Below, piece by piece: positions 21,340 to 31,663 of a DNA stretch of 64,000 bases. The translations under genes were made by a program, and so were the position numbers. The notes beneath the pieces were generated by a model. That model made no database searches, was not told the DNA's origin, and saw only the letters and a program-made list of their open reading frames with translations. The DNA comes from Barthelona sp. PCE (Eukaryota), in contig JAUFOR010000001.1 in assembly GCA_040285745.1 (NCBI GenBank), positions 186,001-250,000 of the forward strand. Reading direction: 5' to 3'. Position 1 is the stretch's first letter, and each line of letters begins with the position of its first letter.

Positions 21340-21608
21340 TGATGTGTGTGTAAAAGGGTAGAATTTTTCAAAACCAAGATAGTATGATACTTAACAACTA
21401 TGATGTGTCACAATATGCTGCAATGGTACTTTTTTGCAAATATATTAACTGTAATTTCAAATGAAAGCGCACCGGCAACCCATCCCCTATTCTCTCACAA
21501 ATTTTGTGGACTATATAGCGTGTGTGATACAAGTATGATTGAGCATGCATATAGCAACGCAGAGCAAGAGCAAACAAATGTTTTATCAAACATCACCTTT
21601 TCTCCGCT

Positions 21609-24128
21609 ATGTCGCAAACTACGCCCTCCGCAAGTGACGTAGCGATTGCCAAGGCGATGGAAAGCACGGGAGGTTCTGCGGTAATTACCGTACAACCAAC
21701 CATCTCACTTTTTACTCATGATCCATCATTTCTCGACTTTGAACATGAGAACCAGTTTATCTTCGAGAACAATGGGGTGAAGGACGTCTTTCAATTCAAG
21801 CCCAACCACATATCATATAATAACGCAGACAAAAATTTAGATGCAGTACTTACAGATCTCCTACAGTTTGTAGTCAATGGTTTTTCATCGACAATTTTGA
21901 TGAACGGGACGGCAAGCTGTGATAAATCTGATTTTATGTTCGAATCTTGTATTTTTAAAATTTTGTCTCTTTTAACTGGTTCATTTGATCTAGAAAAGAT
22001 CAAAATCCTCGTCAGTGCCCTATCTATCGGCCACAAGACAGTTAAAGATGTCTTTAACAACATGGAAGCCGCTGTTCCATCACCAGGAAATTTTTGTACC
22101 TTTAAATATGATGTCACACAATATCTATACGACGACAACGTGCAGTCACTGCTCAACGACATGATCCAGGACTGCGGTATCTCCTCATCGGATGACCATA
22201 TCTTATTTCGAATCTCCATTCACAGCCCAGAAACAGAAACAGTATCCTATTTGCATATTGTTGACCTTGAGGGGCGTGTTCCCCGTCAATCATTCGAACG
22301 GTATACTAATGAAAAGAAAAACTATTTGGCAACGATTGAGAAGGAGTTTTGTTTCCTTCGTAGGTTTGTTTTTGAGACAGTAAGTGTTGAGAATAAGAAT
22401 AACGGTAATTTGATTGTTCCCACGGGTCGTTTAGCAGAAACTGTTGGTTCTTTGCTTATTAACAACTACCTTTCTGTTTTCTCATTTATATACGGTAACG
22501 ATCTACATTATCAGCTTGATAGAGACACGCTAAGGTTCACAAAGCAACTCAAGCAGCTCTTCCAGCAGGTGGCACGATGTCGATGTGAGAAAATGCCCCC
22601 ATACAAGGAGCTACAATGCACTCCCAAAACAAAACACGTAATGGACGTTCTTGAATCTCTGAGCACACCGGGTAAGGCCACCCCACGCGAAATGCCGAGG
22701 GCTGTGCTTGATTTTGAGGATGTGCATCAAACCGACCTTGTGATGCCAGAGTTTATGCCAGAAGATTCACCAACAAACGAGCTGCCTGAAAGATCAGGCC
22801 TTTCGTTGGAGTCACAGCGCATGCTGACCAAGCGTGATGAGGAAGCAGAAATGCTGACTGAACTCTCCAAGAACGTTGTTTCTGAGAGCCAAACCCGTGT
22901 CATTGGTGATGGACACTCGTTTAAACTGCAGATTTCGCCCCCTAAGAAGGCCCCATCCCCACAGGTGTCAGTACGGTCTTCACTTGCGCAGGTATCAACA
23001 TCCCCCGTTGAAACTTATAAACCTGTGGTACACTCGTATGCTGCCATTCATGGTACTCCTGAGCACATAAACGCTCGTTTTACCCAGAAAACACCGAGTA
23101 CCGAAGCTCTCCGCTTAGTAAGTCAGTTGAAACGCAATGTCGAGGATTATAAAGGTAGCTTGGGGAGCGCAAACGATGTTATCAAAGATTTGGAGTATCA
23201 ATTACAGGAGGCTAGCGAACAGAACACGCGCTTGACGGCCGCTATCCGCAAGATGGAGAAGGGGCGCAGCGTAGATGAGATAGCCAAGCAGTATGAGACT
23301 GAGATATCGCGTCTTGAGAGTTTGCTATTCGAATGCGACAATGAGCTCAAGCCTACACAAGGGGAGATGCCTCCCTCCTCGCCTTTCCATGAAAAGATCA
23401 TGCATTCCCGTGCAAACAAGACGCGTCGGGAGTTGACGTGTGAGATTGCAGACCTTATCAGACACCAACAGCGATTGAAGCAGACTGTGCGTGGAAATCT
23501 AATGAATGCACAGCACCTGCGTAATGTGCGCTTGGAGATGCGAACACTTCAGAAGAAACACAAGGAAACTGTAGAGGAATTGGAGCGCAAGCAAGGGGAG
23601 TGGGACAAGGTTGGAAGTAAGTATGGTACCCTTGTCATGGAACATGATAGGCTCACGCGCACGTTGAAGAAAAGCGAGGACGTTGTAGCCGAGTACCGCC
23701 TCAAGCATAGAGTCATGAGAGAGGAGATGGGCGAGTATCAAGCGAATCAGGAAGTTTTGTTGCAAAAAATCACAGAGCAGCAGGCTGAGAACCAGGACCT
23801 GATGGACCAGACAGCCGATATGAGTTCCCATATTAACAGTCTGCGGTCGGCTGAGCCAACATTGGAATCTTCAAGTTGTCGACTCCCTGCAACGCTAACT
23901 AAGAAGATAAAAAGCATGTTACAGACAGCTCAGGATGCAGAAACCCGCAGGGTGATGGCACAGGTAATGCACTTTACACGTGAAGAAACAGAGTCGGATG
24001 CAGAAAACAGTGAGGATATGGTTGAAATTATGCTTGATTTTATGCATGGAATGAGTAAGGGAGACAAACGTCGCTTCATTTCCCAGTTCAATGATGCTGT
24101 TTATATGAAGTTTAACGACTTGTACTAA
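21609..24128 (+). CDS. Divergent kinesin-like protein (degenerate motor domain plus coiled coil)
   Basis: NGFSSTILMNG, HILFRISI and SYLHIVDLEG occur in kinesin motif order; long C-terminal coiled coil. Confidence 0.75.
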   Translation: MSQTTPSASDVAIAKAMESTGGSAVITVQPTISLFTHDPSFLDFEHENQFIFENNGVKDVFQFKPNHISYNNADKNLDAVLTDLLQFVVNGFSSTILMNGTASCDKSDFMFESCIFKILSLLTGSFDLEKIKILVSALSIGHKTVKDVFNNMEAAVPSPGNFCTFKYDVTQYLYDDNVQSLLNDMIQDCGISSSDDHILFRISIHSPETETVSYLHIVDLEGRVPRQSFERYTNEKKNYLATIEKEFCFLRRFVFETVSVENKNNGNLIVPTGRLAETVGSLLINNYLSVFSFIYGNDLHYQLDRDTLRFTKQLKQLFQQVARCRCEKMPPYKELQCTPKTKHVMDVLESLSTPGKATPREMPRAVLDFEDVHQTDLVMPEFMPEDSPTNELPERSGLSLESQRMLTKRDEEAEMLTELSKNVVSESQTRVIGDGHSFKLQISPPKKAPSPQVSVRSSLAQVSTSPVETYKPVVHSYAAIHGTPEHINARFTQKTPSTEALRLVSQLKRNVEDYKGSLGSANDVIKDLEYQLQEASEQNTRLTAAIRKMEKGRSVDEIAKQYETEISRLESLLFECDNELKPTQGEMPPSSPFHEKIMHSRANKTRRELTCEIADLIRHQQRLKQTVRGNLMNAQHLRNVRLEMRTLQKKHKETVEELERKQGEWDKVGSKYGTLVMEHDRLTRTLKKSEDVVAEYRLKHRVMREEMGEYQANQEVLLQKITEQQAENQDLMDQTADMSSHINSLRSAEPTLESSSCRLPATLTKKIKSMLQTAQDAETRRVMAQVMHFTREETESDAENSEDMVEIMLDFMHGMSKGDKRRFISQFNDAVYMKFNDLY

Positions 24129-24181
24129 TCAATTTTGAAGTAAATTCGATTTCGTTTTATTCACCTTTTTCCAACAGGGAC

Positions 24182-25438
24182 ATGGAAGACGAGGGGCCGC
24201 GAGTCAAGGGGTCCAATAAGCATTTGACCTCTGTCGACTGGTTCGACACAAAATTGCAAGAAGGTACAACACATGGTCAATTGTCACAAAAAAGCATGGG
24301 CGTCGGCCTTACGGGAACAATCAGAAAGAAAATTCTTCAGTTAAGCACGAATCCTGAAGCATTCCGCGAGTTTGACACTTTAGCAGATAAATTCCGTCAA
24401 AAACGTAAGAAAGCTAACAAGAGGAGACTTGGTGGCAACGACTTCATCGCATACAACAGAGAAAATGTCGATGACGCCAAACCTGAACGAAAATTGGCTC
24501 GTTTTGCTGAAAACCGTGATCATCGTGAAGAACGATTTGACAAGGTCCATGATACTCATAAGAAGATTTTAGATGAGTTTCAGACCCGCGTTGTTGAAGA
24601 TTTTACCCGAAAAGAAAAACGCAGAGCTAAACTGGCAAAAAGACTTGAAACTCTCGAATTGTTGCGTAGTGATGAACACCAGAAGATCCAGAAAAGGTGG
24701 TTTGTGCTGCTCGAGGCGTGCGCACGTGTTTCGGTGCTGGAGGATAAGATCATTGACTTTGTTGAAGACCGTAAGCGGTTGGCTCGAGAAAAGAAAGCTG
24801 TTGATACGATCCAGAACTTCTACATTCGATACCAGGCAAAGAAGCGTCAGCAAGAATACGAAATGGCGCTCCAGATTGTTCATAAAGCACTTCGTAATTA
24901 CATTCAGAAGCGCAGAGCGCGAAAGTTGCGCAGGTCAGCAACAGCAGTCAAGCGCTTCATGGAGGATGTGGCTGCAAGTGGACGTTTCTCTCAACTTGTT
25001 AAACGCTTCATGTCAACCGTGAAGACGACACAGAAAATAACAAGGCAATATTTAGTACGCAGAAAAGCACGTATGATGGTATTAGAGCTCTGTTTCCGCA
25101 AGGCAGATAACAAACTCGCTACGGAGGAGGCACAGCAAGTACTAGCAAAGAAAAAGAAGAGAAAAAGACAGAGCTCATTGCAAGTCCAGCTACCTCCTCT
25201 GAATTTGCTGCCTGAGGATGTTATGCATCAGTTATGCCGCAGGGTGTTCATCAAGATGTGCAAGGATTTGATGAAAGGTAAGAGAGTCCAGTTCTTCCTA
25301 CCTCAAATTATGGCGCTCAATTTCGTTAACGAAGAGAGAGAAAGAGTTGCTATTGAGGTTGCTGTTCAGAAAGAGCATGATGCCATGAAAGCCAGGGAAA
25401 GCAATTCCAGGGGTAGGAGCTCTCGTAGCAGAAGATAG
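24182..25438 (+). CDS. Basic helical protein with IQ-like calmodulin-binding motifs
   Basis: AVDTIQNFYIRY, IVHKALRNY, TQKITRQYLVRR. Confidence 0.7.
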   Translation: MEDEGPRVKGSNKHLTSVDWFDTKLQEGTTHGQLSQKSMGVGLTGTIRKKILQLSTNPEAFREFDTLADKFRQKRKKANKRRLGGNDFIAYNRENVDDAKPERKLARFAENRDHREERFDKVHDTHKKILDEFQTRVVEDFTRKEKRRAKLAKRLETLELLRSDEHQKIQKRWFVLLEACARVSVLEDKIIDFVEDRKRLAREKKAVDTIQNFYIRYQAKKRQQEYEMALQIVHKALRNYIQKRRARKLRRSATAVKRFMEDVAASGRFSQLVKRFMSTVKTTQKITRQYLVRRKARMMVLELCFRKADNKLATEEAQQVLAKKKKRKRQSSLQVQLPPLNLLPEDVMHQLCRRVFIKMCKDLMKGKRVQFFLPQIMALNFVNEERERVAIEVAVQKEHDAMKARESNSRGRSSRSRR

Positions 25439-25823
25439 ACGTTGTAAATTATGTTACTTTTTGTATCAAAATTCTTTGTGTTTGTGACTGATATGCCCTA
25501 TATATTTACAAACCGTTGACGTCTTTCACATCTATCAGTCATTTCAAAGTTTATTGACCGTGTACATCGAAAAAGGTATGAAACTAAACGGGAAACAGGC
25601 AGTTGATAAACTCTGTTTCTATCTATAATAATCTGCACAAACGCCTTGATGTGGATTCTAAATCTTTAGAATCACGTTTGATTCTAATAAACACACTAGA
25701 CCATTCACATTTTTTGCTTTAACTAACTTATCCTTTTTTAACAGCGTGTTTATTTTAATCAATACACAAATAGCTTTTATTTAAAGCTTATTCTTTCTTT
25801 TAAAAAGCTTTTCTAACGTTAAT

Positions 25824-27533
25824 ATGGGAATTCCAAAATTCTTGACTTTCCTCAAACAAAACTTTCCGACTTCAATTATACAAAGAGGTGAGCATAAGCC
25901 TCGGTTCGATTATCTGCTTCTTGAGTGTGATAATTTTTCACATAGGGCAAGACATTCCTGCAAAACAATAGCTGAGGTTGAAAGTTTTATTTTCAGAAAA
26001 ATTCTTTCTTCACTGACAAAAAACGTCATAGCCAAGGGTGTATTCTTCATCAAGGATGGTGCAGCATCAGTGAGTAAGGGAGAAAAAACTTTTCCGTCAC
26101 GGTTTAAGCGTAAAGTTCCAAAACTCTTTCGCTTTATGCATCAGATCAACACAATGGAGGAGGATGAGGATGAGACCAACCTAGACATCAGTGAGTTGTT
26201 ATCATCCGTAGGTGCAAACATCACAGAGTTTAGAAGTTCAATGTACCGAGCGTTCAACCACGCTTTAGAAGTCGTACTTTCATGGGGAAAAATAGGAGGC
26301 ATAGCCGAAGGGTCTCTCGAAGCGGAGCATAAAATGCTCAGGATGATTGAATACTGTCGGGAGATCGACAACAACTGTTCTATATTAACAATGACGCCTG
26401 ACGCCGATGTCATCATGATAATGCTCGGTCTAGGGGTCAGTAACGTGTACGTAAACGTCGAACAGAACAAGAAGTCAATCATTGTCAACATTGATGTACT
26501 GCGACAGCAGTTGTGCAGTAAGTATCATGATTGGCGTAATATTGTTATCATGCACGGCTTGCTTGCCAACGACTATTGTATTGGAATCATACGTGGGTCT
26601 GTGTGGAAGCGCGCTCTGGATGAAATGGGGAGTAGAAAGCAGCGCTTCATGGTCGACGGTATTATTGACAAAAGCGTCGTTAAGGACGTTCTTCAGCGGT
26701 ATGCGATCAACAAGTGGCCCGGTGCGGAGCCTGAGAATGAAGAGGATGATCCAGTGACGGAAGAGGATGTTGTGATCGCCACTCGATATTGGGAAGTTTT
26801 TCGTATCAGCATTGCTTCGTATATACATGGCACACCTTCAACTCTGAACCAGCCAACTGTTCTCGAGAACCTCACCCCCAGGCAGCGGAGACTTATCGTG
26901 GATCTTCTTGATAGCATTGATTTGAGTATCCCATCTCCGTTGTTTGCAGATCTGCAAGAAGAACTCGATGCAAACGCACTGTATTTTTCCCTTGCCCGCA
27001 AGTACATCCACTACCCCCTGAACCTGTGGCGATACATGTTCCACGAGCAAGTGTATCTTGCAATGATTGATGGGCTCATAGCCAACAACCTAATATCAAT
27101 ATTGGGGAAGCGTATTCCATCAGAAGAGGACGTGAGCACGTACATATCGGAGTATGATCGCATCAAAGAGTACAACAAGAGGGTTGCAGACAATCCCAAA
27201 GAGAAGCAATTGATGTACCAGTCGCCAGAGCCTAATTGGTTCTTCCCCGAAACAGAAGAGGATGCATTTCGGGTTATCAGCGTGCTGGAGCCCATCCTGG
27301 TCACCTTCGACGTTCCAGGACCCTTCATGTTCACATCGAATGTGCTGGGAATGAACGCAATCAGCCAACCATTCATGCAGGTATTCGTGCCATCGAGCTC
27401 CCCCAGCAAGAGGCGGGTAAAAGAGCGATACCAAGAACTGCAGTCGGCGATGTCCTCTTTTGTTGATAATAAGGGAAAGAATGTCCACTATGTACGTTAC
27501 ACCCACAGTTTTACTTCAATGGATCAACAATAA
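25824..27533 (+). CDS. Divergent XRN-family 5'-3' exoribonuclease
   Basis: MGIPKF start, FDYLLLE, KDGAA, EAEHKM, PDADVIM and LLANDY follow XRN motif order. Confidence 0.8.
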   Translation: MGIPKFLTFLKQNFPTSIIQRGEHKPRFDYLLLECDNFSHRARHSCKTIAEVESFIFRKILSSLTKNVIAKGVFFIKDGAASVSKGEKTFPSRFKRKVPKLFRFMHQINTMEEDEDETNLDISELLSSVGANITEFRSSMYRAFNHALEVVLSWGKIGGIAEGSLEAEHKMLRMIEYCREIDNNCSILTMTPDADVIMIMLGLGVSNVYVNVEQNKKSIIVNIDVLRQQLCSKYHDWRNIVIMHGLLANDYCIGIIRGSVWKRALDEMGSRKQRFMVDGIIDKSVVKDVLQRYAINKWPGAEPENEEDDPVTEEDVVIATRYWEVFRISIASYIHGTPSTLNQPTVLENLTPRQRRLIVDLLDSIDLSIPSPLFADLQEELDANALYFSLARKYIHYPLNLWRYMFHEQVYLAMIDGLIANNLISILGKRIPSEEDVSTYISEYDRIKEYNKRVADNPKEKQLMYQSPEPNWFFPETEEDAFRVISVLEPILVTFDVPGPFMFTSNVLGMNAISQPFMQVFVPSSSPSKRRVKERYQELQSAMSSFVDNKGKNVHYVRYTHSFTSMDQQ

Positions 27534-27543
27534 ACAACACGAT

Positions 27544-30312
27544 TTACAATGGAGGAGGAACGTTTGACATATCAGGAAGATCAAAATTGAACGCTCCCAT
27601 GTCCAACGTCCCAAAATCAGGAGAAAGTGGACCAGGACTAATGATTGCAGCGTCCATGTCGATCGAATGCGACAGTTCAAACGGTTGAGACTCACTTAGG
27701 TCTTGTTCTTGCTCCAGCTCAAATACATCAACTGGTTTTCTCACCGGAATTGGTACCGATCTTGGTTCCTCTTCCTCTTCCTCCTTGGCCTTCTTTCGAC
27801 GGCGACGACGTCTCTCTGTGGCGCTAAGGCGCTCTGGTTTGCCTTGTTCACCACCTCCCATCGCTCTAGCAAGCTTAACATCAGCTTTCAAAACGCCTAT
27901 TTCCTTCTCAAGACCTCTAATGATGGCGTCGTTGTCTCTGTCAACCTTGTTCAGCTTCTTCTCGCTCTCAACAAGCATCATGTTCAACTCTCCCTTCTCA
28001 GAGTGCAATCTTTCAATGTCAACACCCAGTGAGTTCGTCGTTGTCGTGAGCATACCGATGCGGTTCTCCAGGCGCTCCATGAGCACGCGGTAGCCCACAA
28101 GCTGCTTCTCCCACTTCTCTATCTGTTGAGATGATGTTACCGATAGCTTCTCAATCTCCCGTACAGGGTCTGTGTGACTGTTGGGGATGCGCTGACGCAA
28201 CTTCTCAAGGATATCTGGGGATATGCGCTGCAAGACCTCCTCGTACACGCGGACCTTGCCGCTCAACACCGATACTGAATTATTAAGGTTTGAAATGGTC
28301 TTCCGAAGCGTCGCTTGTTGCGATTTCAGTTCGATGAGCTCCCCTTCACGCAGGTTAAGCTGCTCCTGGCAGAACTTCATGGCTTCCTCAACCATCAGAC
28401 GTGAGTAGCACTCGTTGTCAACGCGCTGCCTCAACTTCTCGTTTTCTTCTATCACAGCACTACGCGCTTCCTTGTCTGCGTCTCTCTTCTCGCGACGCAG
28501 TTCCTCGACGATGCACGCAAGAGATTGGACCTCGTCAGCGCTCTTCTCCAGTTCTGATGATACCTTTCCCAACAGTCGTTCTGTCTCAGATCCGTGTCTG
28601 ATAACCTCCCAGAACAGGCTCTTTATCTTATCGTCAGCGCCCTTCAGCTCAACGCAGAGCTCGCTGCAGAAGGACAGATAGCTCTTATCAATTGGATGCC
28701 CTTCAAGACGATCGTTTAATATATCGATTTCGCTCTTCAGGACAGCGTTCTGGCGCTTTAATTTAGCAAAACCAATTGCATCGACTTCTCCACGGGACAG
28801 TTCTAATGCAGCAATCTTCTTCTTCAGATACTGGGTGTTTCCTTCAGCGCTAATTTCACTTGCTGTCTTGACCTGCTCCAGTTGATCACGGAGCTGAGAG
28901 ATCTCACCAGCCATGTCCGCCAAACGCTGCTCCAGGCCCTTGCGAGGGGTCTGAGCGGTATCAACACCAAGCATAGCCAACTCAAACGATGCCTCAAGCT
29001 GGGCTATTTCCAAACTATGCTCCATTCCAAGCAGCTTGATTTCTGCACAGTGGCGCTCTTTCTCGACGCGCATTACCTCTTCGAGGCGTGCTCTTGCTAA
29101 ATCGCGCTCAATTGACACAGCCATCACTTGCTTTTCCATATTCTCTAATAGATCTTCACTCAGCTGTTGTTTAAGACGCTGAGAAACGGTTAACAGCTTT
29201 GTGGAATGTTGTTGCAGTACACGGGACGTCGGTGATTCAAAAGTAGGTGTGATCATAGCTGCTACTGAGCTGTCTCTCACAACCTTAGCAGGAGTGATCA
29301 CCTCTTCAGCCTCAACGAGTTCCTTCACTGGTTCCTCCACGGCTGGATCTTCGGTCTCAGGTTGCACTTGAATGGGGGATTCTTCCTCTTCCTCGGTTAC
29401 AATTCCATCTAGCAAAGCTTCATCAACTGTCGTACGCTTCAGCAGTTCAGGAGACCGCTCAATATCGTCCAATATCTCGTCCACGCGCAGTCTCTGTGAG
29501 TTTGTGAGAGTCTCCTGCAATATGTTGAGCGTCTCCATGTCTATACCTTCCTCATCACTAGATTCGCATATGGGCTCCACCTCCTCAGGTTCTTCCTCAG
29601 GGTCTTCCTCAGGGTCTTCCTCAGGATCTTCAACAGTCTCTTCCTCAGAGACGACATCTGCAGCTGGATTCTCAATGTATGAGTCATCGAGCTCATACGC
29701 TTCATCTAGATCAGCCTCCTCCAGTGGCTCAACCATATCGTAATGGCCTCCAACGGAAGGAACGGGGGCAATCTCGGCTTTAGGAATCGGAACCGTCTCA
29801 ACCGGCTCAGACCTCGGAAGATTACGATGTGTATGCTTAATGGGTGTCACAATGTCCGAAAGAGGTTGCTTCTCCTCATCAACGACGAGCGCACCTCCCT
29901 TTATGAGGCACTCTATGCTTGCTGGGTTCTGTAAAAATGTTGCTAATTTGGTTGAAATTGGATGGCTGAAGTCCACTGAAAAGCTATGGTCTCTGCTTAA
30001 GTTGTACAAAAAATAAAGCATAACCAGCAGGTAATATGTGTATTTGGCCTTGCCTCGCATTACATTACGCTGATCAATTAGCTCTAAAGGAATACCAACG
30101 AAACTACAGCATTCCTTGATGTTATCCCAGTTCTTGTCGACTTGTGACTGGTACTGTGTGTTGAAATGCACCTTTGTGCGACGTACAGTTGGGAATACAG
30201 AATGGAACGCTTTAAGAAAAGCACCTCCATCTCGTAAATGATCAAAACTAGTGATCTCGAGACCAGTAACCTGCGCAATCCATGCTACCAAATCCTTCTT
30301 GCCCAAAACCAT
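27544..30312 (-). CDS. Calponin-homology (EB1-like CH) domain protein with long coiled coil
   Basis: N-terminal LVAWIAQVTG...HLRDGGAFLKAFHSVFP; acidic linker; heptad-rich C-terminal half. Confidence 0.78.
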   Translation of the reverse strand: MVLGKKDLVAWIAQVTGLEITSFDHLRDGGAFLKAFHSVFPTVRRTKVHFNTQYQSQVDKNWDNIKECCSFVGIPLELIDQRNVMRGKAKYTYYLLVMLYFLYNLSRDHSFSVDFSHPISTKLATFLQNPASIECLIKGGALVVDEEKQPLSDIVTPIKHTHRNLPRSEPVETVPIPKAEIAPVPSVGGHYDMVEPLEEADLDEAYELDDSYIENPAADVVSEEETVEDPEEDPEEDPEEEPEEVEPICESSDEEGIDMETLNILQETLTNSQRLRVDEILDDIERSPELLKRTTVDEALLDGIVTEEEEESPIQVQPETEDPAVEEPVKELVEAEEVITPAKVVRDSSVAAMITPTFESPTSRVLQQHSTKLLTVSQRLKQQLSEDLLENMEKQVMAVSIERDLARARLEEVMRVEKERHCAEIKLLGMEHSLEIAQLEASFELAMLGVDTAQTPRKGLEQRLADMAGEISQLRDQLEQVKTASEISAEGNTQYLKKKIAALELSRGEVDAIGFAKLKRQNAVLKSEIDILNDRLEGHPIDKSYLSFCSELCVELKGADDKIKSLFWEVIRHGSETERLLGKVSSELEKSADEVQSLACIVEELRREKRDADKEARSAVIEENEKLRQRVDNECYSRLMVEEAMKFCQEQLNLREGELIELKSQQATLRKTISNLNNSVSVLSGKVRVYEEVLQRISPDILEKLRQRIPNSHTDPVREIEKLSVTSSQQIEKWEKQLVGYRVLMERLENRIGMLTTTTNSLGVDIERLHSEKGELNMMLVESEKKLNKVDRDNDAIIRGLEKEIGVLKADVKLARAMGGGEQGKPERLSATERRRRRRKKAKEEEEEEPRSVPIPVRKPVDVFELEQEQDLSESQPFELSHSIDMDAAIISPGPLSPDFGTLDMGAFNFDLPDMSNVPPPL
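29582..29631 (-). repeat. 12-bp coding tandem repeat (EDPE-like, about 4 copies)
   Basis: tcttcctcaggg units on the plus strand. Confidence 0.9.
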
Positions 30313-30527
30313 GCAAAAAAATAATTATGTATGTGAAAAGGGAGTAGAAAACCGAAAAACGAGATATAGTTTTCCTGCATTCATTTTCATCCTTAAAAAA
30401 GATGTGTTCTTGACAGTTTAGCCCTAAACTTGGTCATCATTTACTCAGCGAGATGCGCGGACCTGTTAAATATTCATTTCCCTTTTCTCACGCAATCGTT
30501 TGTCGATAAGAATTGCGGCGGGGCAGT

Positions 30528-31628
30528 ATGGAAATCATCAGCGATGCGAAATCAAGTATAAATGAAAAGCTGGGGGAACTTCTTTATTTTATACACTGCA
30601 AATGCGTTGAACGACTAACAGAGAAAGTGTACATTGATGCTCTTAAGAGTGTGGGCCATGAAAGCGATATAGATAAGGCCCAAGTTTATTTTGTTGTTCA
30701 GCGTGAACCCATGCTCAACAATTTAATGGAAGCTGTAATGAAAACATGGCAGATATATCTACGAGAGGCCAACGTCGATGCTACTCTTCACAAAATCGAA
30801 GTTGTCCTTGGATACTTGGAAGAGGAAGTTTGTCAAACTGCATCTAACATATTAATGCAGAGTGCTGTCGTTCCTGTCAACACAGAAGCAACTGTAGACG
30901 AGCTCCTAACCCAGCATGAGACACTGAAGCAGCAGCTAACACAGCTTTGCCAAAGACCATTTCTTAATGCAACAATTGCTTTTCCTTCATTACCTATTGA
31001 GCCAGTAACCGCAGACAGTAACGAGGCATATTTGATCGACATCCACCCCATCATGCACTTCAAAATGCTCTGTCAAAAAATATTAGACGCTGTCGACCAA
31101 AGCTGTCGTCATTTTTTACAAAAACAGTTAGAAAAGACTCTTCGACGTGGAACTGTGTTGTATGATGGGCTGGAGGATCACGTGGACGCTGTTATTAGGC
31201 TTCTATCCGGTTTTGCAAACAACGCTTGCGAAGACGCACTTCACCATTTTTCCTCTACATATTCACGTGGTGATGGTATTTTATATGCACCAATGGATGC
31301 CTTCAATGCCCAGAAAACGTGCAAATTGCAGTTTTTGTGGCTTACACATCAGAATGCATTGCTAGAAAAAATGATAAACATTTTGGAAGAAAAAATCGAA
31401 ATATACACAAAGAACTCCAGAAGACTAGAGAATTTTGAGGCTGAGGCGCACAGTATTATGCAAAAACTACAGCAGGAGATGATGGATAGCACAACTAAGA
31501 CGAAAATATTGTGGTGTCAGTTGAATGCATATGAATTACCAGAAATAGCAGTAGAATGTGACTTAGATAAGTTATTATCCCGTTTTCATGTTGAAACCAC
31601 AGAAAAATGGTCATTTTTAATAAAGTAA
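30528..31628 (+). CDS. Uncharacterised helical/coiled-coil protein
   Basis: Long ORF; first ATG at 30528; AGTAAAT overlaps the stop. Confidence 0.72.
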   Translation: MEIISDAKSSINEKLGELLYFIHCKCVERLTEKVYIDALKSVGHESDIDKAQVYFVVQREPMLNNLMEAVMKTWQIYLREANVDATLHKIEVVLGYLEEEVCQTASNILMQSAVVPVNTEATVDELLTQHETLKQQLTQLCQRPFLNATIAFPSLPIEPVTADSNEAYLIDIHPIMHFKMLCQKILDAVDQSCRHFLQKQLEKTLRRGTVLYDGLEDHVDAVIRLLSGFANNACEDALHHFSSTYSRGDGILYAPMDAFNAQKTCKLQFLWLTHQNALLEKMINILEEKIEIYTKNSRRLENFEAEAHSIMQKLQQEMMDSTTKTKILWCQLNAYELPEIAVECDLDKLLSRFHVETTEKWSFLIK

Positions 31629-31663
31629 ATCAAAATAATCAAAAATAATCAAATTTACATTAA

